A DNA stretch of 64,000 nt from an uncultured Bifidobacteriaceae bacterium. Its GTDB lineage: Bacteria; Acidobacteriota; Vicinamibacteria; Vicinamibacterales; UBA2999. The translations under genes were made by a program, and so were the position numbers. Below the pieces are notes generated by a model. It ran no database searches. It saw only the letters and a program-made list of their open reading frames with translations, and had not been told where the DNA came from. Each line of letters opens with the position of its first letter. Positions within the stretch are counted from its first letter, which is position 1. Positions 10,542 to 20,002 of this stretch are shown here, piece by piece. The stretch lies in NCBI GenBank assembly GCA_964535675.1, contig CAZHTD010000009.1, positions 469-64,468 of the forward strand, written 5' to 3'.

Positions 10542-10862
10542 TCACTGGCAACGCCGGGTTCGTCGGCTGCCACTTGGCTTGGCCTTACGTGAACAACTCG
10601 GATCAGCCCAGACGGCAACCGCCCCCGGTTCTGTGCGCAGCCGACCCCTCAGCCCATCGGCAGCGACAAACCTGTTGTGCCATCTCAGTTCAGGGATCGC
10701 CTGTAGGTCGGCGCTTGTGACCTTGAAGACCGATTGTCGGTCGATGCCCAGGAAGCCATAGCTGCGGAGGCTATTGCGCCAGTCCCGTGCCTGCACTGGG
10801 TTCTTCCAGCCGGCCCGCTTCTGGTCGATCAGGGCGGTTGCGGCCTCGGCGAAGATGGGCAC
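10542..10862 (-). pseudogene. fragment of a P4-type tyrosine integrase (core-binding region only)
   Basis: FAEAATALIDQKRAGWKNPVQARDWRNSLRSYGF...VTSADLQAIPELRWHNRFVAADGLRGRL resembles the integrase SAM-like domain. No catalytic domain follows it. Confidence 0.6.
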
Positions 10863-11049
10863 GGACCGGAGGCGGCTCTTCGCTCAGGGTCTGCGCACAA
10901 GTGGGCTCGAGTTCGGTCTCCGGGACCGATTCTTCCTTCCTTCTGCGTGGCGCGCCCGCCCACGAAGGGCACCATCACTATGGCGACCGTCAGCAGCAGT
11001 GCGGCGGGAGCCCCGACCCTCGGGGCCCCGGGCTCCTGCCGGATGAGAC

Positions 11050-13215
11050 TTAGCGCGCCAGCGGATCTGGACGCAGCTGGAACTTGAATACTTTGCTCGT
11101 CGTCCCGGGTCCCGTCTCCATGTGGAACGGGGTGCGGCTACTGAAGGTCGCCCACAATCCACGTCCCTTCCAGCCGGCGGCCGGATCGTCGATGCGGCCG
11201 TCCATCCACTTGGTGAAGAAGCCCATCGGGTAGGGCACCCGCAGCACCACCCACGAGCCGTCCTGCAGGGCCAGCAGGCCCTCCGACAGGTTGCCGGTAT
11301 TGATAGGAGTGCTGGCGCCGAGGCCGAGCGTGTCGAACTGGTCGACCCAAGTGTAGTAACTGCCCTCGGAGCTGCCCGGCAGTTCGACGTTCTTCATCTG
11401 CGGCAGTGGCTCGGCAAACAGCGTCCACCCTTCAGGGCAGTGCTGGCCGGTGGCCCCGGGGCCGCTCAGGGGGCCGGTGCACAAGCTCCGATCAAAGCTG
11501 GCCATGTGTCCGCTGGCCAGCGGCGCCCAGACGACGCCGTTCCGATCGATGTCCATCCCACGCGGCGAGAAACCCTGCACCTCGGCCGCCTCGTTGCCCC
11601 ACGGGAGCTCGAACACCTCAGTGAGCGCCGTCTCGGACGGGTTCTCGCCAGGCACTACGCGGATGATGGCACCAGGAAAGCCCAGCGACGAACCCCAGAT
11701 CGATCCGTCCACTGGGCTGTACGCCACGCCGTAGAAGCCGGTCGTAACACGCATGTCCATCTCGGGGTTCATCGGCTCGCCCGGCTCCGTATAGGCGTCG
11801 CGCTGGCCGTTGCCGTTGGTGTCGAGCACCAGCGGCGTCCAGCCTTGCGAGGCCTCGGCATCGCCAGTCTCAAGGAATATCCGCGTGTTCAGCCAGCCAA
11901 GCACTTGCCCGCCACCGCTCGTCCAGAGCGTGTCGTCGGCGTCTTCGGCGAAGATCAGATGGTGCGTGCCGTAGCAGGTGTCGATGAGGGTCAGGCTCTC
12001 GCTTGCGGGGTCGTACACCGCGAGCTGGCGGCCCGAGCGCTCCACCGGAAATACCTGCGCCGACGGATGAGCCGACCCGCTACGACAGAATGCCGGCGTG
12101 TCGGCTTCGCGGATGCGTGCGGTCAGCCACACACGGCCGTCGGCATCCATCATCGGGTTGTGGACATTGGCCTTGCTGTCCCAAATCGCCTCGTCGCCCC
12201 AGTAGGGCGATGGCATCGTGTTCGGGCCTGAGGCGATGCTGAGGTCCGGGTTGTCGCGGATGGCCGTCAAGGGGATCTGTGTCGCCGTATGGGTGTTCGG
12301 GTCGAGCACGGGCACATAGTCCTTGCTCAACTCCAAGGCACCGTAGATCAGCCCATTGGCGTTGACGGTAGGATCGCGCTTGTCGGTCGAGATCTCGTCG
12401 TGCAGGTAGGCTTGGGGATCGGCCCAGTCCCACTGCGTGATGACGACGTTGCGCTCCACGCCCTGTGGCCGCGGCGGCGCCTCGGGCAACTCACCAGCAG
12501 CAATGCGATCCGTCCAGTCGGCAAACATCGCGATCGCTGCGGGTCCACCCATGCGGCCGAGGCCACCAGCCATGCCGCCACCGGCCTGGCCCGATTGAAT
12601 CCGGCGCTCCCATGCCGCCTCGGTCGACGGGAACTCGCCGAAGGCGTCGGGAATCTCCCGCGTGGCCTGGTTGCCAAGCTGATGACAGGCCAGACAGCCC
12701 CCCGACTTGGTCCGTTGCAGCCACTCGGCTTGGCTGCCGATCTCGGGCGAAATGCCGTTGCCGCCGGGGCCGGTGCCCGGGAACTCGCTCTCGGCCGGTA
12801 CCTCGAGTAACGAGAACCAGTAGCCGGCCGGGTAATACTGCGCGGCCGCGGCCGCGTCGGGTGCCACAACCGCCGTGAGGTCAGCGGTGACACCCGGACT
12901 CAGCGACATCTTCTCGGAGTCGACGAGGCCGTATCCCCGCACCCACACGTCGTAGGTCGCGTCGGGCAGATCTGGAATCAGGTACCGGCCTTGGTCATCA
13001 GTAACCACAGTCCGGCTGAAGCGCGTGCCGAGGTCCATCGTCTCGGCAATTACCCAGACCCCCGCCTCGGGCCCCGTAGTGCTGGATACCACGCCGCCGA
13101 TGTCATCGCCGTCGACGTCCAGCGTATCGACGGCCTCCTGGGCTCCGCCACACGCCGTCACGAGAAACGCCAAGCCAAGGCCCACGATTCCCAGAGACAC
13201 GAGTCGGTTGTTCAT
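11050..13215 (-). CDS. secreted lipoprotein: CarboxypepD_reg-like domain + single CXXCH haem motif + beta-propeller-like repeats
   Basis: Start [24 protein letters not shown] (lipobox). GVWVIAETMDLGTRFSRTVVTDDQGRYLIPDLPDATYDVWVRGYG. SGGCLACHQLG. Repeated xxVW/IW blade-like segments. Confidence 0.7.
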   Translation of the reverse strand: MNNRLVSLGIVGLGLAFLVTACGGAQEAVDTLDVDGDDIGGVVSSTTGPEAGVWVIAETMDLGTRFSRTVVTDDQGRYLIPDLPDATYDVWVRGYGLVDSEKMSLSPGVTADLTAVVAPDAAAAAQYYPAGYWFSLLEVPAESEFPGTGPGGNGISPEIGSQAEWLQRTKSGGCLACHQLGNQATREIPDAFGEFPSTEAAWERRIQSGQAGGGMAGGLGRMGGPAAIAMFADWTDRIAAGELPEAPPRPQGVERNVVITQWDWADPQAYLHDEISTDKRDPTVNANGLIYGALELSKDYVPVLDPNTHTATQIPLTAIRDNPDLSIASGPNTMPSPYWGDEAIWDSKANVHNPMMDADGRVWLTARIREADTPAFCRSGSAHPSAQVFPVERSGRQLAVYDPASESLTLIDTCYGTHHLIFAEDADDTLWTSGGGQVLGWLNTRIFLETGDAEASQGWTPLVLDTNGNGQRDAYTEPGEPMNPEMDMRVTTGFYGVAYSPVDGSIWGSSLGFPGAIIRVVPGENPSETALTEVFELPWGNEAAEVQGFSPRGMDIDRNGVVWAPLASGHMASFDRSLCTGPLSGPGATGQHCPEGWTLFAEPLPQMKNVELPGSSEGSYYTWVDQFDTLGLGASTPINTGNLSEGLLALQDGSWVVLRVPYPMGFFTKWMDGRIDDPAAGWKGRGLWATFSSRTPFHMETGPGTTSKVFKFQLRPDPLAR

Positions 13216-13380
13216 TCTGATTTCCTCCCGGTTGAGCAGCTGGCGCGGGCACAACTCCAGCCCGGCTGATCCTACAACGCGTGGCACCTCTGACGCGACC
13301 CGCAGGCCCGCCGTCACTGAGCCGTCACTTTCGGCCAAGCGCAAGAACACCGTACAATCGGGGGTGAATCCACAACGCAC

Positions 13381-14604
13381 ATGAGCGAACTCAAGGACGA
13401 CCTGGCCGCACTCCGGATCGAACGCGAGCCTGAGCGCGTTGGCAGTCGGCGCTGGCTCGGCTTGACGCTGTTGGCCGTTCTTCTGGCCGCCCTAGCGGGC
13501 GCAGGCTGGAGCTTCGCGACACGGGACCGACCTGTGGAGGTAGAGGTCGTGATCGTCACTGAGCGAAGCGCGGGCGTCCAAGCCACCGTTCTGAACGCCA
13601 CCGGCTACGTGACCGCGCGCCGGCGCGCCACGGTCTCGTCGAAGGTCACCGGCCAGGTGGTGGAGATGAACGTCGAGGAGGGCATGACCGTTCTGGAGGG
13701 GCAGGTGCTGGCCAGACTCGATGATGCGGTGCCCAGGGCGGCGCTCGCGCTGGCCGCGGCCCAGGAGGCCGCGGCGCGCGAGGCGACCCGCGAACTGGCG
13801 GTCAGGCTGGCCGAGGCACGCCTCACCCTCGATCGCGAGGAGCAGCTGTGGAGCGACGGGCTGACCACGCGAGCCGCCCTCGACCGGGCTCGTGCGGAGG
13901 TCGACTCCCTGGAGGCACGCATCGCGGCGAACCAAACGCAGGTCGCGGTAGCTGAACGCCAGGTCGAGGTGCAGCGCACCGCGCTCGACGACACCATCAT
14001 CCGCGCCCCGTTCAACGGCGTGGCCATCTCGAAGGACGCCCAGCCCGGTGAAATGGTCTCGCCAGTTTCGGCGGGCGGTGGCTTCACCCGCACGGGGATC
14101 AGCACCATCGTCGACATGTCCTCACTCGAGATCGAGGTCGACGTGAACGAGAGCTACATCAACCGGGTGCAGGAAGGTCAGGACGTCTCCGCCGTGCTCG
14201 ACGCCTACCCCGACTGGGAGATCCCGGCACACGTCATCACCACAGTGCCTGCCGCCGATCGCCAGACGGCGACCGTGCTCGTGCGGATCGGCTTCGAGAC
14301 CCTCGACCCGCGCCTCCTCCCCGATATGGGCGTCCAAGTCACCTTCCTGCGCGAGGACGAGGATCTGACCGAGGCGCCCCGCGCCGTGCCACTGGTCCCG
14401 CAGGCGGCAGTCCGCCATGCCGGCGAGCAGGCGTACGTCTTCGTCCTCGCCGGCGAGACGGTAGAGCGCCGCGCGATCACCACTGGTGGCCTCGACGGCG
14501 ACCGTCTTGAGGTGCTCGCCGGGCTGCACGCCGGGGAACGTGTGGTCATCTCGCCGCCCGAGACGCTCGCCGAAGGCGCCCTGGTACAGGTGGGCATCTC
14601 GTGA
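13381..14604 (+). CDS. efflux transporter periplasmic adaptor (HlyD/MacA family)
   Basis: N-terminal TM, coiled-coil hairpin (AQEAAAREA...RAEVDSLEARIAANQTQVAVAERQVEV), and barrel-sandwich motifs. Confidence 0.88.
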   Translation: MSELKDDLAALRIEREPERVGSRRWLGLTLLAVLLAALAGAGWSFATRDRPVEVEVVIVTERSAGVQATVLNATGYVTARRRATVSSKVTGQVVEMNVEEGMTVLEGQVLARLDDAVPRAALALAAAQEAAAREATRELAVRLAEARLTLDREEQLWSDGLTTRAALDRARAEVDSLEARIAANQTQVAVAERQVEVQRTALDDTIIRAPFNGVAISKDAQPGEMVSPVSAGGGFTRTGISTIVDMSSLEIEVDVNESYINRVQEGQDVSAVLDAYPDWEIPAHVITTVPAADRQTATVLVRIGFETLDPRLLPDMGVQVTFLREDEDLTEAPRAVPLVPQAAVRHAGEQAYVFVLAGETVERRAITTGGLDGDRLEVLAGLHAGERVVISPPETLAEGALVQVGIS

Positions 14605-15311
14605 GCGGGCCTGTCGCTGGCGCCGACACCGGCCCAATCGTCCGCACTAATGGCGTCACCAAGCATTTCACGCGAGGCTCCGAACGTGTCGACGTGCTCC
14701 AAGGCGTCAACATCGAGGTCACCAGAGGTGAGTTCCTCGTGTTGATGGGCCCCTCAGGCTCGGGCAAGACCACGCTGCTCAACCTGATCGGCGGCCTCGA
14801 CCGCCCCACCGGGGGCACCATCGAGGTAGCCGGAGTCCGCATCAGCGATCTGAGCGGCAACGCGCTTGCCAGGTGGCGATCGCGGAGCATCGGTTTCGTC
14901 TTCCAGCTCTACAACCTGCTGCCAGTGCTGACCGCGCAGCGTAACGTCGAACTGCCGCTCCTGCTCACGAAGTTGTCGGCAGCCGAGCGACGCCGACGGG
15001 CGGCCATCGCGCTAAAGATCGTCGGCTTGGCCGACCGCGCGAAGTACTATCCACGGCAGCTCTCGGGTGGCCAAGAGCAGCGGGTCGGCATCGCGCGCGC
15101 CATTGTCACCGACCCGGCGTTACTGCTCTGTGACGAGCCCACCGGCGACCTCGACCGCAAGGCTGGCGACGAGATCCTGGAGCTGCTGCAAACGCTCAAC
15201 CGCGAGATCGGTACGACGATTCTCATGGTCACCCACGACCCGCACGCCGCCGACCGGGCGGGTCGGACGCTGCACCTCGACAAGGGTGTGCTGCGCGAAG
15301 TCGCCGCATGA
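14601..15311 (+). CDS. ABC transporter ATP-binding protein (MacB/LolD type)
   Basis: Walker A GPSGSGKTT, signature LSGGQEQRV, Walker B LLLCDEPT. The GTG start overlaps the upstream stop. Confidence 0.93.
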   Translation: MSGPVAGADTGPIVRTNGVTKHFTRGSERVDVLQGVNIEVTRGEFLVLMGPSGSGKTTLLNLIGGLDRPTGGTIEVAGVRISDLSGNALARWRSRSIGFVFQLYNLLPVLTAQRNVELPLLLTKLSAAERRRRAAIALKIVGLADRAKYYPRQLSGGQEQRVGIARAIVTDPALLLCDEPTGDLDRKAGDEILELLQTLNREIGTTILMVTHDPHAADRAGRTLHLDKGVLREVAA

Positions 15312-16453
15312 AATTCCTGCCGCTTGTCTGGAAGAGCCTTTGGCGCCGAAAGGTACGGACACTCTTCACGCTCGGCGCCATCTTCGTGGCCTTCGTACTG
15401 TTCGGGCTGCTGATGACCATCCGCACGGCGTTCACTTTCGGCGTGGAACTGGCTGGCCAGGATCGTCTGGTGCTGATCCACAAGGTCAGCCTGATCATGC
15501 CGCTGCCGATCACCTACCAGCAGCGGATCCAGTCAGTCGAGGGCGTCGACCTGGCCACGCATCAATCTTGGTTCGGCGGGGTGTACCAAGACCCGTCGAA
15601 CTTCTTCGCTCAGATCGCCGTGGATCCCGGGGATCACCTCGAGATGTACCCGGAGTACGAACTACCGCCTGAAGAAGTGACGGCGTGGCTCGCCGACCGG
15701 CAGGGCGCCATCGTGGGTCGCGTGCTGGCCGACCGCTTCGGCTGGGAGGTCGGGGATCGGATCCCACTCCAGGCGACTATCTGGCAGCCACGCAATGGCA
15801 CATGGGAGTTCAACATCCGGGGCATCTACGACGGTGACGACACGGTCGACCGGACACAGATGTTCTTTCGCTACGACTATCTCGAGGAGAACAGAGCCGA
15901 TGGCGAGGACCTCGTCGGCTGGTATATCGTCCGCGTGGAAGACCCGGCGCGCGCCGTGGAACTGGCGGCGCAGTTCGACCAGATGTTCGCCAACTCGCCA
16001 GCCGAGACCAAGACGACTACCGAGCGGGGGTTCCTCGACGGCTTCGCGAAGCAGATCGGCGACATCAGCGCCATCATGGTCGCCATCGTCACCGCCGTGC
16101 TCTTTAACATCCTGATGATCGCCGTCACCACGATGGCCCAGTCGGTGCGCGAGCGGACCAACGAACTGGCTGTGCTCAAGACCCTCGGCTTCCGCGACAG
16201 CTCGGTGCTCTCCCTCGTCCTGGCCGAGTCGTTGTTCATCGCGCTGCTCGGCGGCGGCCTCGGCCTAGGCCTGGCTTGGCTCATCGTCCAAGGAGGGGAC
16301 CCGACCGGTGGACTGCTCGCCATCTATACCCTGCCCATGCGCGATCTCGTCATCGGCACGGGCTTAGCCATCACTCTGGGCCTGCTCGCCGGTCTGTTCC
16401 CTGCGTTGGCGGCGATGCGACTCCGCATCACCGACGCCCTCAGAAGGCCTTGA
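15308..16453 (+). CDS. ABC transporter permease (FtsX-like)
   Basis: MKFLPLVWKSLWRRKVRT N-terminus, a large periplasmic loop, and a C-terminal FtsX 3-TM bundle. ATGA overlap with the ATPase gene. Confidence 0.88.
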   Translation: MKFLPLVWKSLWRRKVRTLFTLGAIFVAFVLFGLLMTIRTAFTFGVELAGQDRLVLIHKVSLIMPLPITYQQRIQSVEGVDLATHQSWFGGVYQDPSNFFAQIAVDPGDHLEMYPEYELPPEEVTAWLADRQGAIVGRVLADRFGWEVGDRIPLQATIWQPRNGTWEFNIRGIYDGDDTVDRTQMFFRYDYLEENRADGEDLVGWYIVRVEDPARAVELAAQFDQMFANSPAETKTTTERGFLDGFAKQIGDISAIMVAIVTAVLFNILMIAVTTMAQSVRERTNELAVLKTLGFRDSSVLSLVLAESLFIALLGGGLGLGLAWLIVQGGDPTGGLLAIYTLPMRDLVIGTGLAITLGLLAGLFPALAAMRLRITDALRRP

Positions 16454-16454
16454 C

Positions 16455-17645
16455 ATGGTGTGCTGGAGCCGGCAGACCGTGGCGATCACGATGCTCAACC
16501 TCCGGACGATCCACCAGCGCTTGTCAACTTCTGCCGTTGCGATCGTCGGCATCGCGGGCGTCGTGGTCATGTTGGTTGCCGTGCTCTCGATCGCCCAAGG
16601 CTTCCAGGCAGCAATGCAAGGCACGAGTTCCCCGCTACGGGTCATAGTGATGCGCAGCGGCGCGGACACGGAAATGACGAGCGGTCTGGACGGCGAGGAG
16701 GTGGATGTGATCCGCCAGGCCCCGGGCTTGGCGACTGACCGCGGCGCACCGCTTGCGTCGGCCGAGCTCTACGTGCTCATCGATCTACCCAAGCGCTCGA
16801 CGGGAACGCCAGCCAACGTGCCAATGCGCGGTGTGGAGCCCGGCGTGATGCAGGTGCGCGATCACGTCTCGATCGTCGAGGGCCGGATGCTCAACTTCGG
16901 CACCAACGAGGTCATCGCCGGCGTGGCCGCCAGTGGCCAGTTCGTCGGGCTCGACCTCGGCGCGACCCTCATGTCGGGACAGCAGACGTACCAAGTGGTC
17001 GGTTTGTTCGAGGCCGACGGCGGCGTGTCGGAAACCGAGGTCTGGGCTGACGCCCGCATCCTGCAGGATGTCTACAGCCGGGGCAACTCGTTCCAGCTCG
17101 TCATGGCCAGGCTCGAGTCGAGCGCCGCGTACGACACGTTCCGCAACTGGCTGACGAGCAACCCTCAGCTCGAGGTGCAGGTGCAGCGCGAGACCGCGTA
17201 CTACGCCGCACAGTCGCAGACGCTGTCGACACTCATCCGGACGATTGGATTCACCATCGCCGCCCTGATGGGCATCGGTGCGGTGTTTGGCGCCATCCTC
17301 ACCATGTACACGACCGTCGCCAGTCGCGCCACCGAGATCGCCACGCTCCGAGCCCTCGGCTTCAACGCGGGCTCAGTGGTCACCTCCGTGCTAGTAGAGT
17401 CGCTGGCGCTCGGGGTGGTCGGCGGCGCGATCGGCGGCACCGTGGCTTACGTGGGGTTCAACGGGTACCAGACGTCCACGATGAGCTTTCAGACCTTCAG
17501 CCAAGTGGCATTCGCCTTCCAAGTGACTCCGTCACTGCTGGGGGCGGGCCTGCTCTACGCGCTACTGCTGGGGCTGGTAGGCGGACTGCTGCCGGCCATC
17601 CGGGCCGCCAGCCAGCCGATTCCCGCAGCGCTCCGGGCGCTGTAA
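16455..17645 (+). CDS. ABC transporter permease (FtsX-like), second copy
   Basis: Same architecture as the upstream permease (TEIATLRALGF...LPAIRAAS). Confidence 0.88.
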   Translation: MVCWSRQTVAITMLNLRTIHQRLSTSAVAIVGIAGVVVMLVAVLSIAQGFQAAMQGTSSPLRVIVMRSGADTEMTSGLDGEEVDVIRQAPGLATDRGAPLASAELYVLIDLPKRSTGTPANVPMRGVEPGVMQVRDHVSIVEGRMLNFGTNEVIAGVAASGQFVGLDLGATLMSGQQTYQVVGLFEADGGVSETEVWADARILQDVYSRGNSFQLVMARLESSAAYDTFRNWLTSNPQLEVQVQRETAYYAAQSQTLSTLIRTIGFTIAALMGIGAVFGAILTMYTTVASRATEIATLRALGFNAGSVVTSVLVESLALGVVGGAIGGTVAYVGFNGYQTSTMSFQTFSQVAFAFQVTPSLLGAGLLYALLLGLVGGLLPAIRAASQPIPAALRAL

Positions 17646-17661
17646 CCTCCCGCGCGAGGGA

Positions 17662-18648
17662 TCAGTTCGCAGCGGCAGGCGGGGCGCCGGCTTCGGTGGC
17701 CATGCCGGCTGGCTCGTCCTTCGGCAGGCTCTCGAGGTAGCGTTCGGCGTCGAGCGCGGCCATGCACCCCGTGCCAGCGGCGGTCACGGCTTGCCGGTAG
17801 ACGTGATCCTGGACATCACCGGCCGCGAACACGCCCTCCACGTTGGTCTTCGTCCCGCCATCGGTCAGGATATAGCCGGCCCGGTCGAGGTTGAGCTGGC
17901 CCTCGAACAGGGTGGTGTTCGGTGTGTGGCCGATCGCGATGAACAGCCCGTCGAGCGCAAGCTCCCGCTGCTCACCCGTCTTCACGTTGCGCAGCACCAC
18001 GCCGGTGACTTGCCCCTTGTCGACATCGTTGACACGCGCGACCTCTGAGTCCCAGACGAAGTCGATCTTCTTGTTCGCGAAGGCCTTGTCCTGCATGATC
18101 TTCGATGCCCGCAAGGTGTCGCGGCGATGGATCACGGTGACCTTCGAGGCGAAGCGCGCCAGATAGGTCGCCTCTTCCAGTGCCGAGTCGCCCCCTCCCA
18201 CCACAGCAATCGGCCGCTCGCGGAAGAAGTATCCGTCGCAGGTGGCGCACGTGGACACGCCGTGCCCCGACAGCGTCCGATCTGAGCCGATGTCGAGCCA
18301 GCGCGCCGAGGCGCCGGTGGCAACGATGAGCGATTGGGTCGTCACCGTCCGCCCGCCGTCGAGCGTCAACATGAACGGGCGATGCCCGAGGACCACGTGC
18401 TCGACGTTGCACTGTATCAACTCGGCTCCGAAGCGCTCGGCCTGCGCACGCATCTCGGCCATCAGGTCGGGACCCATGATGCCGTCCCGGTAGCCGGGCC
18501 AGTTCTCGACCATCGTGGTCAGCATGAGCTGGCCACCAGCCTCGAGGCCCTCGATCAGCAACGGTGACAGGTTCGCCCGCGCGGTATAGAGCGCTGCGGT
18601 CAGCCCAGCCGGCCCCGATCCGATGATGACGACGTCGCGATCCGCCAT
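17662..18648 (-). CDS. trxB: thioredoxin-disulfide reductase
   Basis: VVIIGSGPAGLTAALY, redox CATCDG, GGGDSALEEA. Start MADRDV chosen at 18648. Confidence 0.93.
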   Translation of the reverse strand: MADRDVVIIGSGPAGLTAALYTARANLSPLLIEGLEAGGQLMLTTMVENWPGYRDGIMGPDLMAEMRAQAERFGAELIQCNVEHVVLGHRPFMLTLDGGRTVTTQSLIVATGASARWLDIGSDRTLSGHGVSTCATCDGYFFRERPIAVVGGGDSALEEATYLARFASKVTVIHRRDTLRASKIMQDKAFANKKIDFVWDSEVARVNDVDKGQVTGVVLRNVKTGEQRELALDGLFIAIGHTPNTTLFEGQLNLDRAGYILTDGGTKTNVEGVFAAGDVQDHVYRQAVTAAGTGCMAALDAERYLESLPKDEPAGMATEAGAPPAAAN

Positions 18649-18652
18649 GTCC

Positions 18653-18976
18653 TTACAGCTGCTTGTCGAGCACCTTGGCAAGACTATCCTTGGCCGTCAG
18701 GCCCACGACCGTATCGGCCAGCTGGCCGTCCTTGAGTACCAAGAGGGTGGGAATGCCCTGCACCATGAAGCGGGCTGGCACGGAAGGGTTCTCGTCGACG
18801 TTCAGCTTGCCGATGGTAACCTTGCCGTCGTACTCCTCAGCGAGTTGGTCCACGATCGGCGCGATCGCCCGACACGGTCCGCACCATGGCGCCCATAGAT
18901 CTACCAGCACCACGCCCTGCTTCGTTTCTGCGTCGAAGTTCCCGTCCGTAAACGTCTTAACCTTGTCCGATGCCAT
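18653..18976 (-). CDS. trxA: thioredoxin
   Basis: WAPWCGPCR active site, 107 aa. Confidence 0.95.
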   Translation of the reverse strand: MASDKVKTFTDGNFDAETKQGVVLVDLWAPWCGPCRAIAPIVDQLAEEYDGKVTIGKLNVDENPSVPARFMVQGIPTLLVLKDGQLADTVVGLTAKDSLAKVLDKQL

Positions 18977-18989
18977 CTATCCTCCCCGT

Positions 18990-19990
18990 CGATCCGGTCC
19001 CGACCCGCGGCGTCGCGGCCGTACGTGAAGCGTCCATTGATACAACCAGGCGTGCGAGGCCGCCCACGATGGTTCTCCCACATCCCCGCCGCCTGCATCC
19101 GCCGCCGCAACGGCTCGTTGCGCCAGGGCTCAGGCGCCCAGCGTAGCGTGCCGTAGCGCAGACTGCTCATCCGATGCAGCCCGCACGGCTCGAACCGGGA
19201 CGGCATCAAGCACCGGTCAGCCCGCCCTCGATGCGATGCGCCAGCCCCTCGTCGAAGCCGACCGCTCCAGGTAACGAACGGCCAAGGTCAGCCACTGGTT
19301 CCCGTAGCACCGCTCGCCGCTGCCCAGCAGGACGACGCACCGAGCCGCGGCAACTCGTCGGCAACATCGGCCATCAGATCGAATCCCTTCTGCTCGACCA
19401 TCCGCGAGATCAATCCCACGAGCGGCCAGTCCAAAGCATCGTCGACCGACGTCATTCCCAAAGCTTCGAGCATTGCCCGCGCGGCGACCCGCTCCAGATT
19501 AGGGGGCGGGAAGGTGCGGGTCCGACGCCGGAGCCTATCGATCGTAATCGATCCCGCTCAGGATCCCGACAGGACGTCGCGCCCCGAGCCAGCAGGATGC
19601 CCTCGAACCCGTATCCGTAACCCAGCGGTCTGGCTCTCGCACGCGTACGCGGGGCTGAGCGTCGTCACCACGTCGGTGACCACGGGGCCCGTCTCCAGGA
19701 AGCTCACCCAGCCCCAGACCTCGTGGGCCTCCACCCGAAACCGGTTCCCAGCCCAGCTCAAGAAGCAGAAATCAGCTGGCTCACAGGCGCCCTAGTAGTC
19801 CAGATTGTGGGCGGCTTGGACCAGCGCTGGAGTGTCCTGCCCATCTTGGATGAACGGCTGTGTTTCGGAGCCCACCATCAGGACGGCGCACCGGCTACTG
19901 CGACGATCTCCCACCGGGCGCCCCAGGCTGACCGTGCCATCGACCTCCGCACGGGCGCACGACACCCGGCCGGCCGCGCGAGCCCGATCG
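18990..19990 (-). pseudogene. glgA: glycogen synthase remnant, multiply frameshifted and N-terminally truncated
   Basis: Pieces lie in three frames: AHNLDY (HNLAYQG-like), TLSPAYA (TVSPTYA-like), PLVGLISRMVEQKGFDL, and MPSRFEPCGL...LRYGT. The ends are approximate. Confidence 0.65.
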
Positions 19991-20002
19991 AGTCGGGATA
20001 AC

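Noticed and set aside
13353-13358. TACAAT hexamer as the -10 element for the MacA-like operon.
   Set aside because: No acceptable -35 lies at proper spacing, and the leader would lack an SD. There is insufficient support.
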